A stretch of 64,000 nucleotides of DNA from Myxococcota bacterium (lineage in GTDB: Bacteria > Myxococcota_C > UBA6777), in the NCBI GenBank assembly GCA_023150835.1, contig JAKLKB010000018.1, positions 1-64,000 of the forward strand, given 5' to 3'. This document shows positions 18,343 to 28,306 of this stretch, piece by piece (the first letter of the stretch is position 1; each line of letters starts with the position of its first letter). The position numbers and the translations under genes were made by a program. The notes under the pieces were generated by a model. The model searched no databases, had not been told where the DNA came from, and saw nothing but the letters and a program-made list of their open reading frames with translations.

Positions 18343-19515
18343 TCAATTGTCAAAAGCTGCAAGACCCGTGATCTCTTTGCCCAAGATCAGCTTGTGGATA
18401 TTTTCGGTCCCTTCGTAGGTAAGGACACTTTCGAGGTTCATCACGTGCCGCATAATCGGGTACTCAGCGGTGATCCCGCTTGCCCCCAAGAGTTCGCGGG
18501 CTGTGCGTGCGATCTCGATGGCGATCCGCACGTTGTTCATTTTGGCCATCGAAACGTGCGTGTGGTGGCTTGCTGCCATGTCGCGCAGCCGACCGATGTG
18601 CAACGACAAAAGCTGGCCCTTGCTGATCTCCGTCAACATCCACACCAACTTCTCTTGCACCATCTGATAACCCGCGATAGGCCGAGAGAACTGCACACGC
18701 TCTTTCGCATACGAAAGGGCCGTTTCATAACACGCCATCGCCGCCCCAAGTGCTCCCCAACTGATGCCATAGCGCGCTGAATCCAAGCATTGCAACGCCG
18801 CTTTCAATCCGACTGCGTTGGGAAGGCGGTTTGCGACAGGGATACGGCAATCTTCCATGATCAACTCGCCTGTATGCGACGCACGCAACGAGTACTTGCG
18901 CTTGATCTCGACCTGTTCCAATCCTGCGGTTCCTCGATCGATCAGAAATCCACCGATCTGGCCTTGATCATCCTTGGCCCAAACCAACGAGACATCGGCG
19001 ATATCTGCATTGGTGATCCAACGCTTGGTTCCGTTGAGGACGTAGTGATCGCCATCGCGCCGCGCACGAGTCAACATCCCGTTCGGATTCGAGCCAAAGT
19101 CCGGCTCTGTCAAACCAAAGCACCCAATCGCCCGTCCCTTCGCCATATCTGGCAACCAGCGCCGCCGTTGTTCTTCGGAGCCAAACTTCCAAATCGGCAA
19201 CATCACAAGACTCGATTGCACCGAGCAAAAGCTGCGCACCCCCGAATCTCCACGCTCCAATTCTTGGCAAACCAAACCATACGCCACATACGAAGCCCCC
19301 GATCCTCCGTACTCTTCGGGCAAAAACGACCCCAGATAACCTTGTTCCCCCAGCACCTTTGACAACGCATCGGGGAAGGTGTGCGCTTCAAAATGCCCTT
19401 CAATCGTCGGCAAGATCTCACGTTCCACGAAGGTTCGTGTTTCGTCACGGATCATCCGCTCTTCTTCGCTCAACATCCGATCGATCTGCAAAAAGTCTAC
19501 ACCTTGAAAGCTCAT
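18343..19515 (-). CDS. gcdH: Acyl-CoA dehydrogenase, glutaryl-CoA dehydrogenase-like
   Basis: ELERGDSG, SVQSSLVM, CFGLTEPDFGS, NLESVLTYEGT. Confidence 0.85.
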   Translation of the reverse strand: MSFQGVDFLQIDRMLSEEERMIRDETRTFVEREILPTIEGHFEAHTFPDALSKVLGEQGYLGSFLPEEYGGSGASYVAYGLVCQELERGDSGVRSFCSVQSSLVMLPIWKFGSEEQRRRWLPDMAKGRAIGCFGLTEPDFGSNPNGMLTRARRDGDHYVLNGTKRWITNADIADVSLVWAKDDQGQIGGFLIDRGTAGLEQVEIKRKYSLRASHTGELIMEDCRIPVANRLPNAVGLKAALQCLDSARYGISWGALGAAMACYETALSYAKERVQFSRPIAGYQMVQEKLVWMLTEISKGQLLSLHIGRLRDMAASHHTHVSMAKMNNVRIAIEIARTARELLGASGITAEYPIMRHVMNLESVLTYEGTENIHKLILGKEITGLAAFDN

Positions 19516-19677
19516 CTTTCTCTCCTACACATCCCGCGCTCCGTACGCCGCCAAAAACAGCCCTTACGTCAGATCAGCGCGCCATCACAAACTGCTCACC
19601 GTCAAGCTCTGCCGCCCTATAACACAACCGACTACAATCTCCTAGAGGTTTCAAGCTCCAGATCGAACCAATATCAC

Positions 19678-19802
19678 CAAAAAAAGCCGTGTTCGCGCAG
19701 CTTCAAGCGGCGATGTTGTTGGTTTGAAAAACCAAGGCACACTCCGCCAAATACGGGGTCAAGGGAGCCGCGCTCCCTTGCGGGGCGTGGGGCAGCGCCC
19801 CA
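19678..19802 (+). mobile_element. Family-A MITE-like repeat
   Basis: Same core as 17322 and 18172. Confidence 0.8.
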
Positions 19803-19864
19803 AAACGAACAAACCCAGCCGCACATCTCTCCAATCGAAGTGCCATACCGCGATAGTTCGAGCG

Positions 19865-20905
19865 CTATGATGCCGTTGTGGTGGGAGTTTCCGCGATATG
19901 CAAACCGCACTCGCGCTTGGTTTCTTCTTCCCACCACCAACGCCCTGCGCGTTCGTGTTCTCCCGGGCGTGGTGGCCGTGTGCAAGGCTCACATCCAATC
20001 GACACAAAGCCCCGATCATGCAAGGGATTGTAGGGTAGTTCTTGGGCGCGGATGTAGCCCCAAACTTTTGCCAACGTCCATCCTGCCAAGGGATTGATCT
20101 TGACCAACAGCCCTTCTTTTCCGACAAACGCTTCGTCTGGGTGGATCACCAACACCTCTCCCCGTGTACTCGGGCTTTGATCCCTGCGCTGCCCTGTGAT
20201 CCATGCTCGATACGAACGCAACGCACGCTTCAATGGCTCGACCTTACGGATGCCACAGCACTCCTTGTGTCCGTCTGTATAAAAGCTGAACAGTCCCTTT
20301 TTTTTCACCAACGCCTGCAAGGCCGAAGTATCGGGGGCCATCAACGAGATATCGATCCCGTAGTGCTTTCGCACACGCTCAAGGAACTGATACGTCTCAG
20401 GGTGCAAACGCCCTGTATCGAGGCAAAACACCGAAAACGGATACCCCGTCCGCACCGCCATCTCGATCAAAACGACATCTTCGGCCCCACTAAAAGCGAT
20501 CGCGCACTCCTGTCCGAAGGTTTGAAGCGCCCATGTGATGATCTCCAACGGGGGCCGATTTGCATAAGCCTGCTCCAAAACAGCGAGAGACTCCGCAGAT
20601 AGCACCACACTTTCTCGGATACTTTCGCTGGGTGTATCAGGAAATTGTTCGCGCAAAAATTGGAGCACGCTTCGATAGATCTGCTCGCTCCCATCGTCAG
20701 ATTGTACAACAAAAAAAGGAGCGACTTCTACACCATAACGCCCCGCCAACACCATCCCTTCGGAGGTTGCGTTACCTTCCTCTGCGATGATCACCTGATC
20801 GATCTGTTCCCACACTCCGCGTTGACGCAAGAGTTCCTCTGCGTGCAAACATTTTTCGCAATCCCGCCCATCCAACAGGCGCTTCTTCACCATCGTGCGC
20901 TTCAT
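19865..20905 (-). CDS. cysH: APS/PAPS reductase with fused N-terminal CxxC thioredoxin-like domain
   Basis: [36 protein letters not shown]. Confidence 0.92.
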   Translation of the reverse strand: MKRTMVKKRLLDGRDCEKCLHAEELLRQRGVWEQIDQVIIAEEGNATSEGMVLAGRYGVEVAPFFVVQSDDGSEQIYRSVLQFLREQFPDTPSESIRESVVLSAESLAVLEQAYANRPPLEIITWALQTFGQECAIAFSGAEDVVLIEMAVRTGYPFSVFCLDTGRLHPETYQFLERVRKHYGIDISLMAPDTSALQALVKKKGLFSFYTDGHKECCGIRKVEPLKRALRSYRAWITGQRRDQSPSTRGEVLVIHPDEAFVGKEGLLVKINPLAGWTLAKVWGYIRAQELPYNPLHDRGFVSIGCEPCTRPPRPGEHERAGRWWWEEETKRECGLHIAETPTTTAS

Positions 20906-21175
20906 CTACACCTCCCGAAGCATCGCAGCTTTTTCACCGAGCCGACACCACACAACCATCGAAAAAACGCCGAAGCAGGTCAAGGGGCTACGCTCGCTCC
21001 TGTAGGATGGAACTGACTTCAAAAAAATCGCGTGTACATTTTTGTGTGTCGTGATATGACAACGCCCCTGCGCATTCTGTCCCGCGCTTGTTCGCGGGTG
21101 CGTCTCCTAGCGGTTCACGGTGAACCTCGCCCTAAAACGCACCCCAATTGTTTCATTGTAAAGGATTGAAATCCA

Positions 21176-21640
21176 ATGAAAAAAATGCTCCTCTTGATCG
21201 CGACCGTTGCTCTCTCCTTCTCCCTTGTTGCATGCAAAAAAGGCTCTGTGGAAGGCAGCTACACACTCGACAAAGCCGCGATGAAAGCCGCAGCCGAAGC
21301 CGAGATCGCCAAAATGGATCCCAAAAAACAAGGATTCGCTAAGTTTGGCCTCGCCATGATCGATATGATGAACATCAGTCTTTCTCTCGAAGCAGGCGGA
21401 AAAGCCACCATGAACACCGAGATGCCCAACCCCTTCAAAAAAGGCGAGATCCGCAAAAAAGCCGAGATGGGAACTTGGAAGATGGATGGCGGTAAAGTCG
21501 TGATCACCACCACCCGCGAAAGCGCCAAAGACAAAACCAAAAAAGAAACCACCGTGAGCTGCGATCTCAGCGGCAACAAACTCTCCTGCGCCCGTGAAGG
21601 CGGCAAGCGCAAGCAAACCTTGGTCTTCATCAAAGGCTAA
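21176..21640 (+). CDS. Lipoprotein, lipocalin-like beta barrel
   Basis: Lipobox LVAC; VEGSY..GTWK pattern. Confidence 0.8.
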   Translation: MKKMLLLIATVALSFSLVACKKGSVEGSYTLDKAAMKAAAEAEIAKMDPKKQGFAKFGLAMIDMMNISLSLEAGGKATMNTEMPNPFKKGEIRKKAEMGTWKMDGGKVVITTTRESAKDKTKKETTVSCDLSGNKLSCAREGGKRKQTLVFIKG

Positions 21641-21727
21641 TCCCCCACCAATCCACCCTCTCCATATCCCCGATCTTCTTGATTGCATCGCCTCTTCCCC
21701 CTCCAAAACAAACACTCCCCTGCCTAA

Positions 21728-21838
21728 TACGATATCCGAGTGATGTGTACACGAAGGATCGTGCGTAGACGCCCTGCTTTAGGCAGTCACGGGGGGCTGC
21801 CCCTACATTTTGCGATTACACTATGGGCAGATTTCGTA
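21728..21838 (-). mobile_element. Family-B MITE
   Basis: TACGATATCCG ... CAGATTTCGTA; GGCTGCCCCTAC hairpin. Confidence 0.8.
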
Positions 21839-21976
21839 TAACTTTTCCTTCTTGTTTCTTGTGTGTTTGACAGCGCTCGACACAGAACAAAGATACCTTC
21901 CCATCAGAACACTTTGGCTTGGGTAACGCCCCACAACACACAACCGCTTCACCCACACACCGACCGAGGTCCAAAG

Positions 21977-23050
21977 ATGGCGATCTTGCGAAAAAAACTT
22001 CACTCCAAAAAACCCCGCTCCACCAACAAAAACGATACGCACGAGCCAGATCCCGAATCCATCGCATCGCTCGAAACAGACGACACTCACACCGCCTCTC
22101 CCGACACCATCAACCCCTCTCCTCCTGCCCAAACCCCAGATCGGATCATCACCGCGATCGAAGCCCAAAAGAAAAACCCCGATCGCCTTTCGATCTATCT
22201 CGACGGAGTATTTGCCTTTGGTCTTCCACAAGCGTTGGTGATTCAACACATGCTTTGCAAAGGATGCCGCATCGACGAAGAAAAACAGCGAGCGCTGCTT
22301 GTTGAAGCCCAGCTTGTACGCGCCAAAGAGATCGCGCTCAACTTTCTTTCCTACCAGTCCCGCACCGAACAAGAGGTCATCCAAAAACTCCGAGAACGTG
22401 AGATCGCGCCCGATGTGATCGAACAAGTCATCGCCCGCTTCCGTGAACTCGGCTACCTCAACGATCAAGGCTTTGCCCGATCTTTCGCCCAAAGCCGCCT
22501 CGAAGGACGCGGACAAGGCCCACGACGCATCCAGATGGAACTCAAAAAACGAGGAGTCGCCGAACCCCATATCCGCGAAGCCATCTCCCACCTCCACGAG
22601 CAAAACGATCTCCCCGAAGCCATCCTCCCCCATGCTCAGAAGCGCTGGGAACGCCTGCGCAAAGAACCTCACCCTCAAAAACGCCGACAAAAGTTACTCG
22701 ACTTCCTGCTGCGCCAAGGTGTCGGTTTCGAACTCGCTCAAAAAGTTTTCCATGCTCTCCAACAACAAGACCAAGACGCCGCTTCCTCCACCGATGATCT
22801 CGAAGAACAGGCATCCTTTGAAACCGATGCCATCGAGGCTTTCGATGAATCCTCTGAGATCTTCGATGAACCTGAACCCACCGAACGCGATGCCCTCGAA
22901 GAGATCCGCCCTCTCGCACTCAAACGCTGGCAGCGCCTCGAAATAAGCGAAGCCGATCCCCGAAAACGCAAGCGCAAGCTCACCGACTACCTCCGCCGAC
23001 AAGGCTTTTCCTTTGACGCCATCTCCGCCGTTCTCGAAGAGATATCCTAA
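21977..23050 (+). CDS. recX: RecX regulatory protein with duplicated C-terminal helical repeat
   Basis: ALNFLSYQSRTEQE, GYLNDQGFA, GPRRIQMELKKRGV, LLRQG/LRRQGF. Confidence 0.9.
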   Translation: MAILRKKLHSKKPRSTNKNDTHEPDPESIASLETDDTHTASPDTINPSPPAQTPDRIITAIEAQKKNPDRLSIYLDGVFAFGLPQALVIQHMLCKGCRIDEEKQRALLVEAQLVRAKEIALNFLSYQSRTEQEVIQKLREREIAPDVIEQVIARFRELGYLNDQGFARSFAQSRLEGRGQGPRRIQMELKKRGVAEPHIREAISHLHEQNDLPEAILPHAQKRWERLRKEPHPQKRRQKLLDFLLRQGVGFELAQKVFHALQQQDQDAASSTDDLEEQASFETDAIEAFDESSEIFDEPEPTERDALEEIRPLALKRWQRLEISEADPRKRKRKLTDYLRRQGFSFDAISAVLEEIS

Positions 23051-23070
23051 AGGTCTCTAAACTCTTTTTC

Positions 23071-23442
23071 TCAAAACCTCAAAAGCCTCTCAGGGAAAAG
23101 GTAGCTCGACTTCACAAAATTGCTCGCGCATCTCGTTCCATCGCTGAAGATCCGCCTTCGCACTCGAAACAACGACCTTCCCTGTCTCTTCGTTGGCGGC
23201 TTGGGGTTCTTCGCTTTCTGGCAAACGCAAGCAAAAACCTGAATAGTTGGTTTCCATTTCTTGATGAGTAATTGTACGCTCAGACATCGCTCTCTCCCTC
23301 CTAATCGCCCTGTGGGGCATACACGACATTTCTGTTTCTCTCGTCGATAGCGATATCCTTCGTGCAATACAAACACCACAAACGTTAGAAACATCAAAGA
23401 AAGCAGGTATTTCAATGAACTAAGTTTTGAACAACGCTTCAA
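23071..23442 (-). CDS. Small basic Cys-containing hypothetical protein with N-terminal TM
   Basis: Hydrophobic N-terminal segment; AT-richer than flanks; start uncertain. Confidence 0.4.
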   Translation of the reverse strand: MKRCSKLSSLKYLLSLMFLTFVVFVLHEGYRYRREKQKCRVCPTGRLGGRERCLSVQLLIKKWKPTIQVFACVCQKAKNPKPPTKRQGRSLFRVRRRIFSDGTRCASNFVKSSYLFPERLLRF

Positions 23443-23643
23443 ATCCTCCTGAATCTCTACTCAATCCAAGTGAACGGCACTTCATACGGAACCCCAGCGA
23501 CCCAACCGCGCAGCCTTGTTCTCAGCACAAACAGACCCATCCCCCCCAAGCCCCTCGCGGGATCGGAAAAGCGGCAACGATCGGCGTATCTGCGGGTAGC
23601 ACAAACAGCCCCCCCCCTCCAAGCCCCCCAGCAAGCCCCAAGA

Positions 23644-24912
23644 TTATTTGTGAGCGAAGTTGAGTGGGTAGGTGACGCGAACCGCCTTTCCCTGAGGGGG
23701 AGCAGGGAAACGAAGGGCTTGGAAGTGACGAAGGAGACAGGCCTCGACTTCGGGGGATTGGAGTGTGCTGCTTTTGACGCGGGCTTCAGCGACATCGCCT
23801 GCGGCTTGGATGGCAAAGGACATCACCACACGACCTTTTAAACCGGGACGAGACTTTAAGGCTTGCTCATAACAACGCTTAAAGTGAGAAACGTTCTCGC
23901 GGATCACTTGCACGATGCTGCGACGGCCCCAATGCGAAGCGACAACGTTCGTTTTTGGAGACACAGGCGCGGGAGGTTGGCTCGTTGGAGCCGTGGGCGC
24001 ATGGGCTTCGTGGGCTCGATGGGACGGGGGATCTTGTGCGATCTGTTGTGGAAGTCCTGAGGAGATAGCCTTGGGGGCGTCGTCGCTCTCTGTGTCAAGC
24101 ACGTCAGGCAGGCGTCGGATGTGCATCACCACCAACACTTTTTCGCGAGCCTTGCCCCTCCGCTGAAGTGGGGCATGACCGATCACAACGAAACGACCGG
24201 GCTTTACAAACAACCGCGTGCGCAAGTGAACCGATGAAACAAACTTGGTGTCCGCGCCCTTTGGTCCGACAGAAGAAAACATCTCGTTTTGGCTGATCTG
24301 AAACTCCACAAGGACGGCTGCTTGTGGATGAGGCGTCTGATGCAGGCGGATGGACACAAAAGGATCGGAGATGTTCGTTAGGTTGGTGATCTTGGCCTTG
24401 GCTTCTTCGTGGTTGCTTGCGTGCAAGTAAAGCTGTTCAACGAGCGAAAAGCCTGAAACGGTTGGAAACGTCTGAGAAAGAGCGGTCAACATGCCCGTCG
24501 GAACGTGCTCTTCAACCACTTCGCCCTTTGACAACGTTTTCACAAAGAACAAGCGTACGCCAAATTGCGACAAGGGAGTGTCCAATTGCTTGCTTGCCGC
24601 CCGAAGTCTTTGCAAGAGAGCGGGATGAGCGCGAACCAAGATCTTGTTTAGGGTGTGATTGTAGCGGATCTCCGTGTCTCGATATTCACGCGGCACAAAC
24701 AGGCGCAACAACTCCACCACGCGATAACCATCCGCTGAACGCAGCGAAAGGATCATCGTTTCCCGTTGATCAGGCTCCACCACACGCCTTGGACTTGGCG
24801 GGTTAGACGGAGGGGTCGGTGGACCCGCCATCACCGAGGCTTCCGACCACAACACGCACACCAAACACAAGCCGAACAAAAAACCAATCGCACTTTTTTT
24901 TGATCGATTCAT
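23644..24912 (-). CDS. Secreted protein with secretin-N-like region and AgmX/PglI (TonB-C-like) C-terminal domain
   Basis: Signal peptide; NKILVRA..LD; KRCYEQAL..GLKGRV..VEACL..LRFP..VTYP. Confidence 0.82.
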   Translation of the reverse strand: MNRSKKSAIGFLFGLCLVCVLWSEASVMAGPPTPPSNPPSPRRVVEPDQRETMILSLRSADGYRVVELLRLFVPREYRDTEIRYNHTLNKILVRAHPALLQRLRAASKQLDTPLSQFGVRLFFVKTLSKGEVVEEHVPTGMLTALSQTFPTVSGFSLVEQLYLHASNHEEAKAKITNLTNISDPFVSIRLHQTPHPQAAVLVEFQISQNEMFSSVGPKGADTKFVSSVHLRTRLFVKPGRFVVIGHAPLQRRGKAREKVLVVMHIRRLPDVLDTESDDAPKAISSGLPQQIAQDPPSHRAHEAHAPTAPTSQPPAPVSPKTNVVASHWGRRSIVQVIRENVSHFKRCYEQALKSRPGLKGRVVMSFAIQAAGDVAEARVKSSTLQSPEVEACLLRHFQALRFPAPPQGKAVRVTYPLNFAHK

Positions 24913-24937
24913 CGTTGATCTCCTTCTTAATTAAGAG

Positions 24938-25050
24938 AGGACTTACGCAGTTCGATACGAAAAAGGCCCATGTTCGGGCGTGGGCGGCTCGCGAACCGTC
25001 CCTACAACGTTCTGATATCTCAGGGTTTCCCTTTTCGACTGCGTAAGCCC
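24938..25050. mobile_element. Short MITE with family-A type inverted ends and an internal REP hairpin
   Basis: AGGACTTACGCAGT ... ACTGCGTAAGCCC; GGGCGGCTCGCGAACCGTCCCTAC. Confidence 0.75.
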
Positions 25051-25054
25051 AAGA

Positions 25055-26593
25055 TTACAAAATTAAAACAGGCTGTTTTGTTTCTTCCGCGATATCGCGA
25101 GGAATCACTTTAGGCACCCAAGGAAGCGCTGATGGGATCTTCTCTTGGTGCTTTGCGGTTCGGCCTTTTTCAGCCTCTACCGCATCCGCTCCTCCCCTCT
25201 CGATCGCCAAAAAGGCGCTGGGATCGTCTTCTACGCGCACCTCCATTTCTGCGTTCCCATGCCTTGCGTCTTCTCTACTCCCGTACCTTGCGTCTTCTCC
25301 GCTCCCGTACCTTGCATCCAAAGACACGACACGCACCACAACATCAGAGAAAGACATCGTCGCCTCTTTTTGTAATCGCCCACGATAACGAGCCTCTGCG
25401 TGCGTGAAATGTCCTACTCGTTTGGGGACGACCACCACAACACGCACAGCTTCGAGTTCATTGATGCCCTGTTGACGGCGTGCTTCGATGCCCTGTTGGT
25501 GGGGATTTTGGCCGCTTTTCTGTGTGTGGGTTCGGACATCGCGTTGCTTTGGCTGTGAGGTATAGGCAACGATCCGAATGGACTCTTGATGTAACCAAAC
25601 ATCCGCAACATCGGGCATACTTGCGATGTTCTTCGGATTTGCCGTGATCTTCGGTTCACGAGTCCTCGTCGGCGGTTTTACGGATCGGGCCATCACAAGC
25701 CGCTGTGCCTTGACAGCACGGCGTGGAGAAGGCGTGATGTGCGATGAAGCCTCGGGAGAGCGACGTGCTACGCCATGAAAAGCGTCGGGAGAGCGGCGTG
25801 CGGCATGGTGCGAAGTATCAGGGGAGCGGCGTGCTGCATGGTGCGAAGTATCAGGGGAGCGGCGTGCTGCATGGTGCGAAGTATCAGGGGAGCGGCGTGC
25901 TGTGCGATGCGAAAGCGATCGAGACAAAGGCCGACCCTCCGAATCCTCCCGCTGTTTCGATGTTTCAAACTGCCCCAACAGCACCGCAGCCCCCACCAAA
26001 ACGCAAACCAACGCAGACCACGCCAACGAGCGCAACGAAAACAGCGAGCGCAACGTAGAAAAAAAACCGCGCAGCGTAGAAAAAAAACCGCACAGCGTAG
26101 AAAACAACCCGTGCAGCGTAGAAAACAACCAGAGCGGTTTGGTTTGCCCCGCTGATCCAGCGCCGTCTCTCCCCGCGACATCCGAGCTTTTTAGACCATC
26201 CGTGACTGTTGCGATACCTTCCGCGCCTTTTGCTCGAAACACCCGCTCCAAGTTCCGCTGATGTCCGACTTTTGGGGCGCTCGAAAAGACAGCCTCGACG
26301 ATCCGCTGATGCTCGGCTTCTGACACGCTCGAAAAGACGCTTTGTGATGGAGTCAAAAGAGCCGATAGCGCGAGATGTTTGCTCACTTCCTTTTGGCAAG
26401 CCGCGCAATCTTTTTGATGGCGCTCGAAAGCCCCCGAAGATTCGACATCAAGCTCACCAAACAGATACGCTTCGCGATCCATGCAAGACGCCGCTCTGTC
26501 CGAACCATCCGCGATTCCATGTTTGTTTTGTTCTGCAAAAGACACCACTCGCTCCGAACCCGCAGGTGCTCTGTCGTTGCGTTGTCTTGTCAT
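25055..26593 (-). CDS. Putative zinc-finger anti-sigma factor expanded by in-frame repeats
   Basis: HQKDCAAC (HxxxCxxC); TM; ATGA overlap with the sigma gene. Confidence 0.75.
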   Translation of the reverse strand: MTRQRNDRAPAGSERVVSFAEQNKHGIADGSDRAASCMDREAYLFGELDVESSGAFERHQKDCAACQKEVSKHLALSALLTPSQSVFSSVSEAEHQRIVEAVFSSAPKVGHQRNLERVFRAKGAEGIATVTDGLKSSDVAGRDGAGSAGQTKPLWLFSTLHGLFSTLCGFFSTLRGFFSTLRSLFSLRSLAWSALVCVLVGAAVLLGQFETSKQREDSEGRPLSRSLSHRTARRSPDTSHHAARRSPDTSHHAARRSPDTSHHAARRSPDAFHGVARRSPEASSHITPSPRRAVKAQRLVMARSVKPPTRTREPKITANPKNIASMPDVADVWLHQESIRIVAYTSQPKQRDVRTHTQKSGQNPHQQGIEARRQQGINELEAVRVVVVVPKRVGHFTHAEARYRGRLQKEATMSFSDVVVRVVSLDARYGSGEDARYGSREDARHGNAEMEVRVEDDPSAFLAIERGGADAVEAEKGRTAKHQEKIPSALPWVPKVIPRDIAEETKQPVLIL

Positions 26594-27207
26594 CGCTCCT
26601 CCCCTCTTTGGCCAAGCAGCGACAGCCATTCGGGCGCTTGTATCGTGATATGTGACGCCAACTTTTTGCGCGCAGAGAAATAGTAGCCGCGTGCGGTGGT
26701 GGCTTGGCAAGCCATCAGTTCTGCGATCTCTTTGCCTGATCGCTGTTCGATATCGCGCAGCACAAAAGCGATACGCTCTTGTTCAGAAAGTCGCTCAAGG
26801 GCTTTCCCTAAAAACACCTGAAATTGTTGTGTCCGTAGGTATCCCTCTTGCGAAGCCGGAATCGCCGCGCTATCGGTACACTCCAGCACATCCGAGCCGA
26901 GATCGCGGGCTGCTCGTTTGCGCAACCACCCATAACAAGCATGCACCGTCACACGATACAGCCAACCATCGGGGTTTTGCTCCTGATCGACCTCTTCCCA
27001 ACGCTGGTACAACACAAGCGCCACCTCTTGTAAGATATCCAAGGCCGCTTCCCGATCCCGCAACACCCGACACGCGATACCCAACAGACGATCTTGTCTT
27101 TCCCTCAAAAAAGACGAATATGCAGATCGCTTTTTTCGCAAAGAAAGCGCCTCTCTTTCGGACAAAGACGTCTCCCTTCTTGTTTCGTCTGGTTCGCTCT
27201 GTTGCAT
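26590..27207 (-). CDS. ECF RNA polymerase sigma factor
   Basis: AALDILQEV, WLYRV, LSEQERIAFVLRDIEQRSGKEIAELM. Confidence 0.92.
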   Translation of the reverse strand: MQQSEPDETRRETSLSEREALSLRKKRSAYSSFLRERQDRLLGIACRVLRDREAALDILQEVALVLYQRWEEVDQEQNPDGWLYRVTVHACYGWLRKRAARDLGSDVLECTDSAAIPASQEGYLRTQQFQVFLGKALERLSEQERIAFVLRDIEQRSGKEIAELMACQATTARGYYFSARKKLASHITIQAPEWLSLLGQRGEER

Positions 27208-27413
27208 CGCTCCACCCAAGCTGATCGACGGCAACCAGCCTTCCGCAAATCGCGCAAACATAGAGGATAGCTCGATATCTCGCATCGCTTTCCCTGCCTC
27301 AATCTCCACAAGCGACGCCTGTTGCGCGATCGCTTGTTTGTTTTGATCGGCTATAGTGATCGGCGATCCAAAATGTTGGGAGCTTACACAAAATTTTTTT
27401 CTGGTAGGACTTA

Positions 27414-27537
27414 TACGAAATCCGCCCATCGTGTTACCGTAAAGAGGTAGGGGCAGCCCCCATAGGCGTTATGGTGAAGCCACCGCTGGCCCCTCTTACA
27501 TGGGTATAAAACACGGGCATCACGCAGAGGATATCGA
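27414..27537 (+). mobile_element. Variant family-B MITE
   Basis: TACGAAATCCGCCC..GTAGGGGCAGCCCCC..GGATATCG. Confidence 0.6.
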
Positions 27538-27647
27538 AAAGAAGAGTCCACGGAAAGCACGGAAAGCACGGAAAGTACGGAAAGTACGGAATCAAGCGAT
27601 ACCCAGATCGGTCGCGACTCTCCAACATAAACCTTTTTTAGACACCC

Positions 27648-27908
27648 TCAGCTGGCCCCCACCAAAGCATCCAACACCCCGTCGGACAACAAGCCCGATG
27701 CGTCCAACTCAAGCTCCAAAGCATCTTCTGGGAACTCCATCGCAAGGCTCGAAGAAAAACGCACGCGAAACCGCGTCACCCCTCCCGCTTGTTTCGATGG
27801 ATACACACAAACCACCATTCCCCGACAACCCGCCAAGGGCTGACCTGATTCTGGCAACACACGCACAGCATCGCCCAACAAAAACGGAAACCCATCAAAC
27901 CCTCGCAT
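27648..27908 (-). CDS. Small SH3/KOW-like protein (86 aa)
   Basis: F-x-LGDAVRV...G.RGMVV...FRVRF...EFPEDALEL pattern. Confidence 0.6.
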   Translation of the reverse strand: MRGFDGFPFLLGDAVRVLPESGQPLAGCRGMVVCVYPSKQAGGVTRFRVRFSSSLAMEFPEDALELELDASGLLSDGVLDALVGAS

Positions 27909-28306
27909 CGAAGGGGGTTCCGCCACGATGGTCGGCAACGTTCCGCTATCATCGCGTCGAGTGTTGTACGCAGCAGTCTGTGGTTGGAGAGGTGGATGAA
28001 AAAAAAGCGCATGCTGAGATGAACTAGGCTTACGCATAATCGAACCCTTTCAAGGCTCCTGATGCTTCGCATCGCTCGACTCCGCAAGCGATCACAAAAC
28101 ATTCGGGACTGTCTTGCTTGATGGTTCCTCGGTAAGATGTTGATTCGTATGTTGAATGACTTCGAGGTGTCTGTTTGTGTCCGTCCATTGACACCACAAC
28201 CCCTTTCTACGACGACCATCAAAAAAAAAAGTTAAGGCTCTCGCTGTTTTTTTTTAACAACTGTTGCCCACCACCTGTCTCCCCTTCTTCTCCGTAAGAA
28301 AAATAT

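Noticed and set aside
18241-18382. Match between the MITE interior (CCGTGATCTCTTCGCC) and the gcdH 3' end, suggesting capture
   Set aside because: GATCTCTTCGCC also occurs in the 41410 copy, so it is element consensus and the match is probably chance
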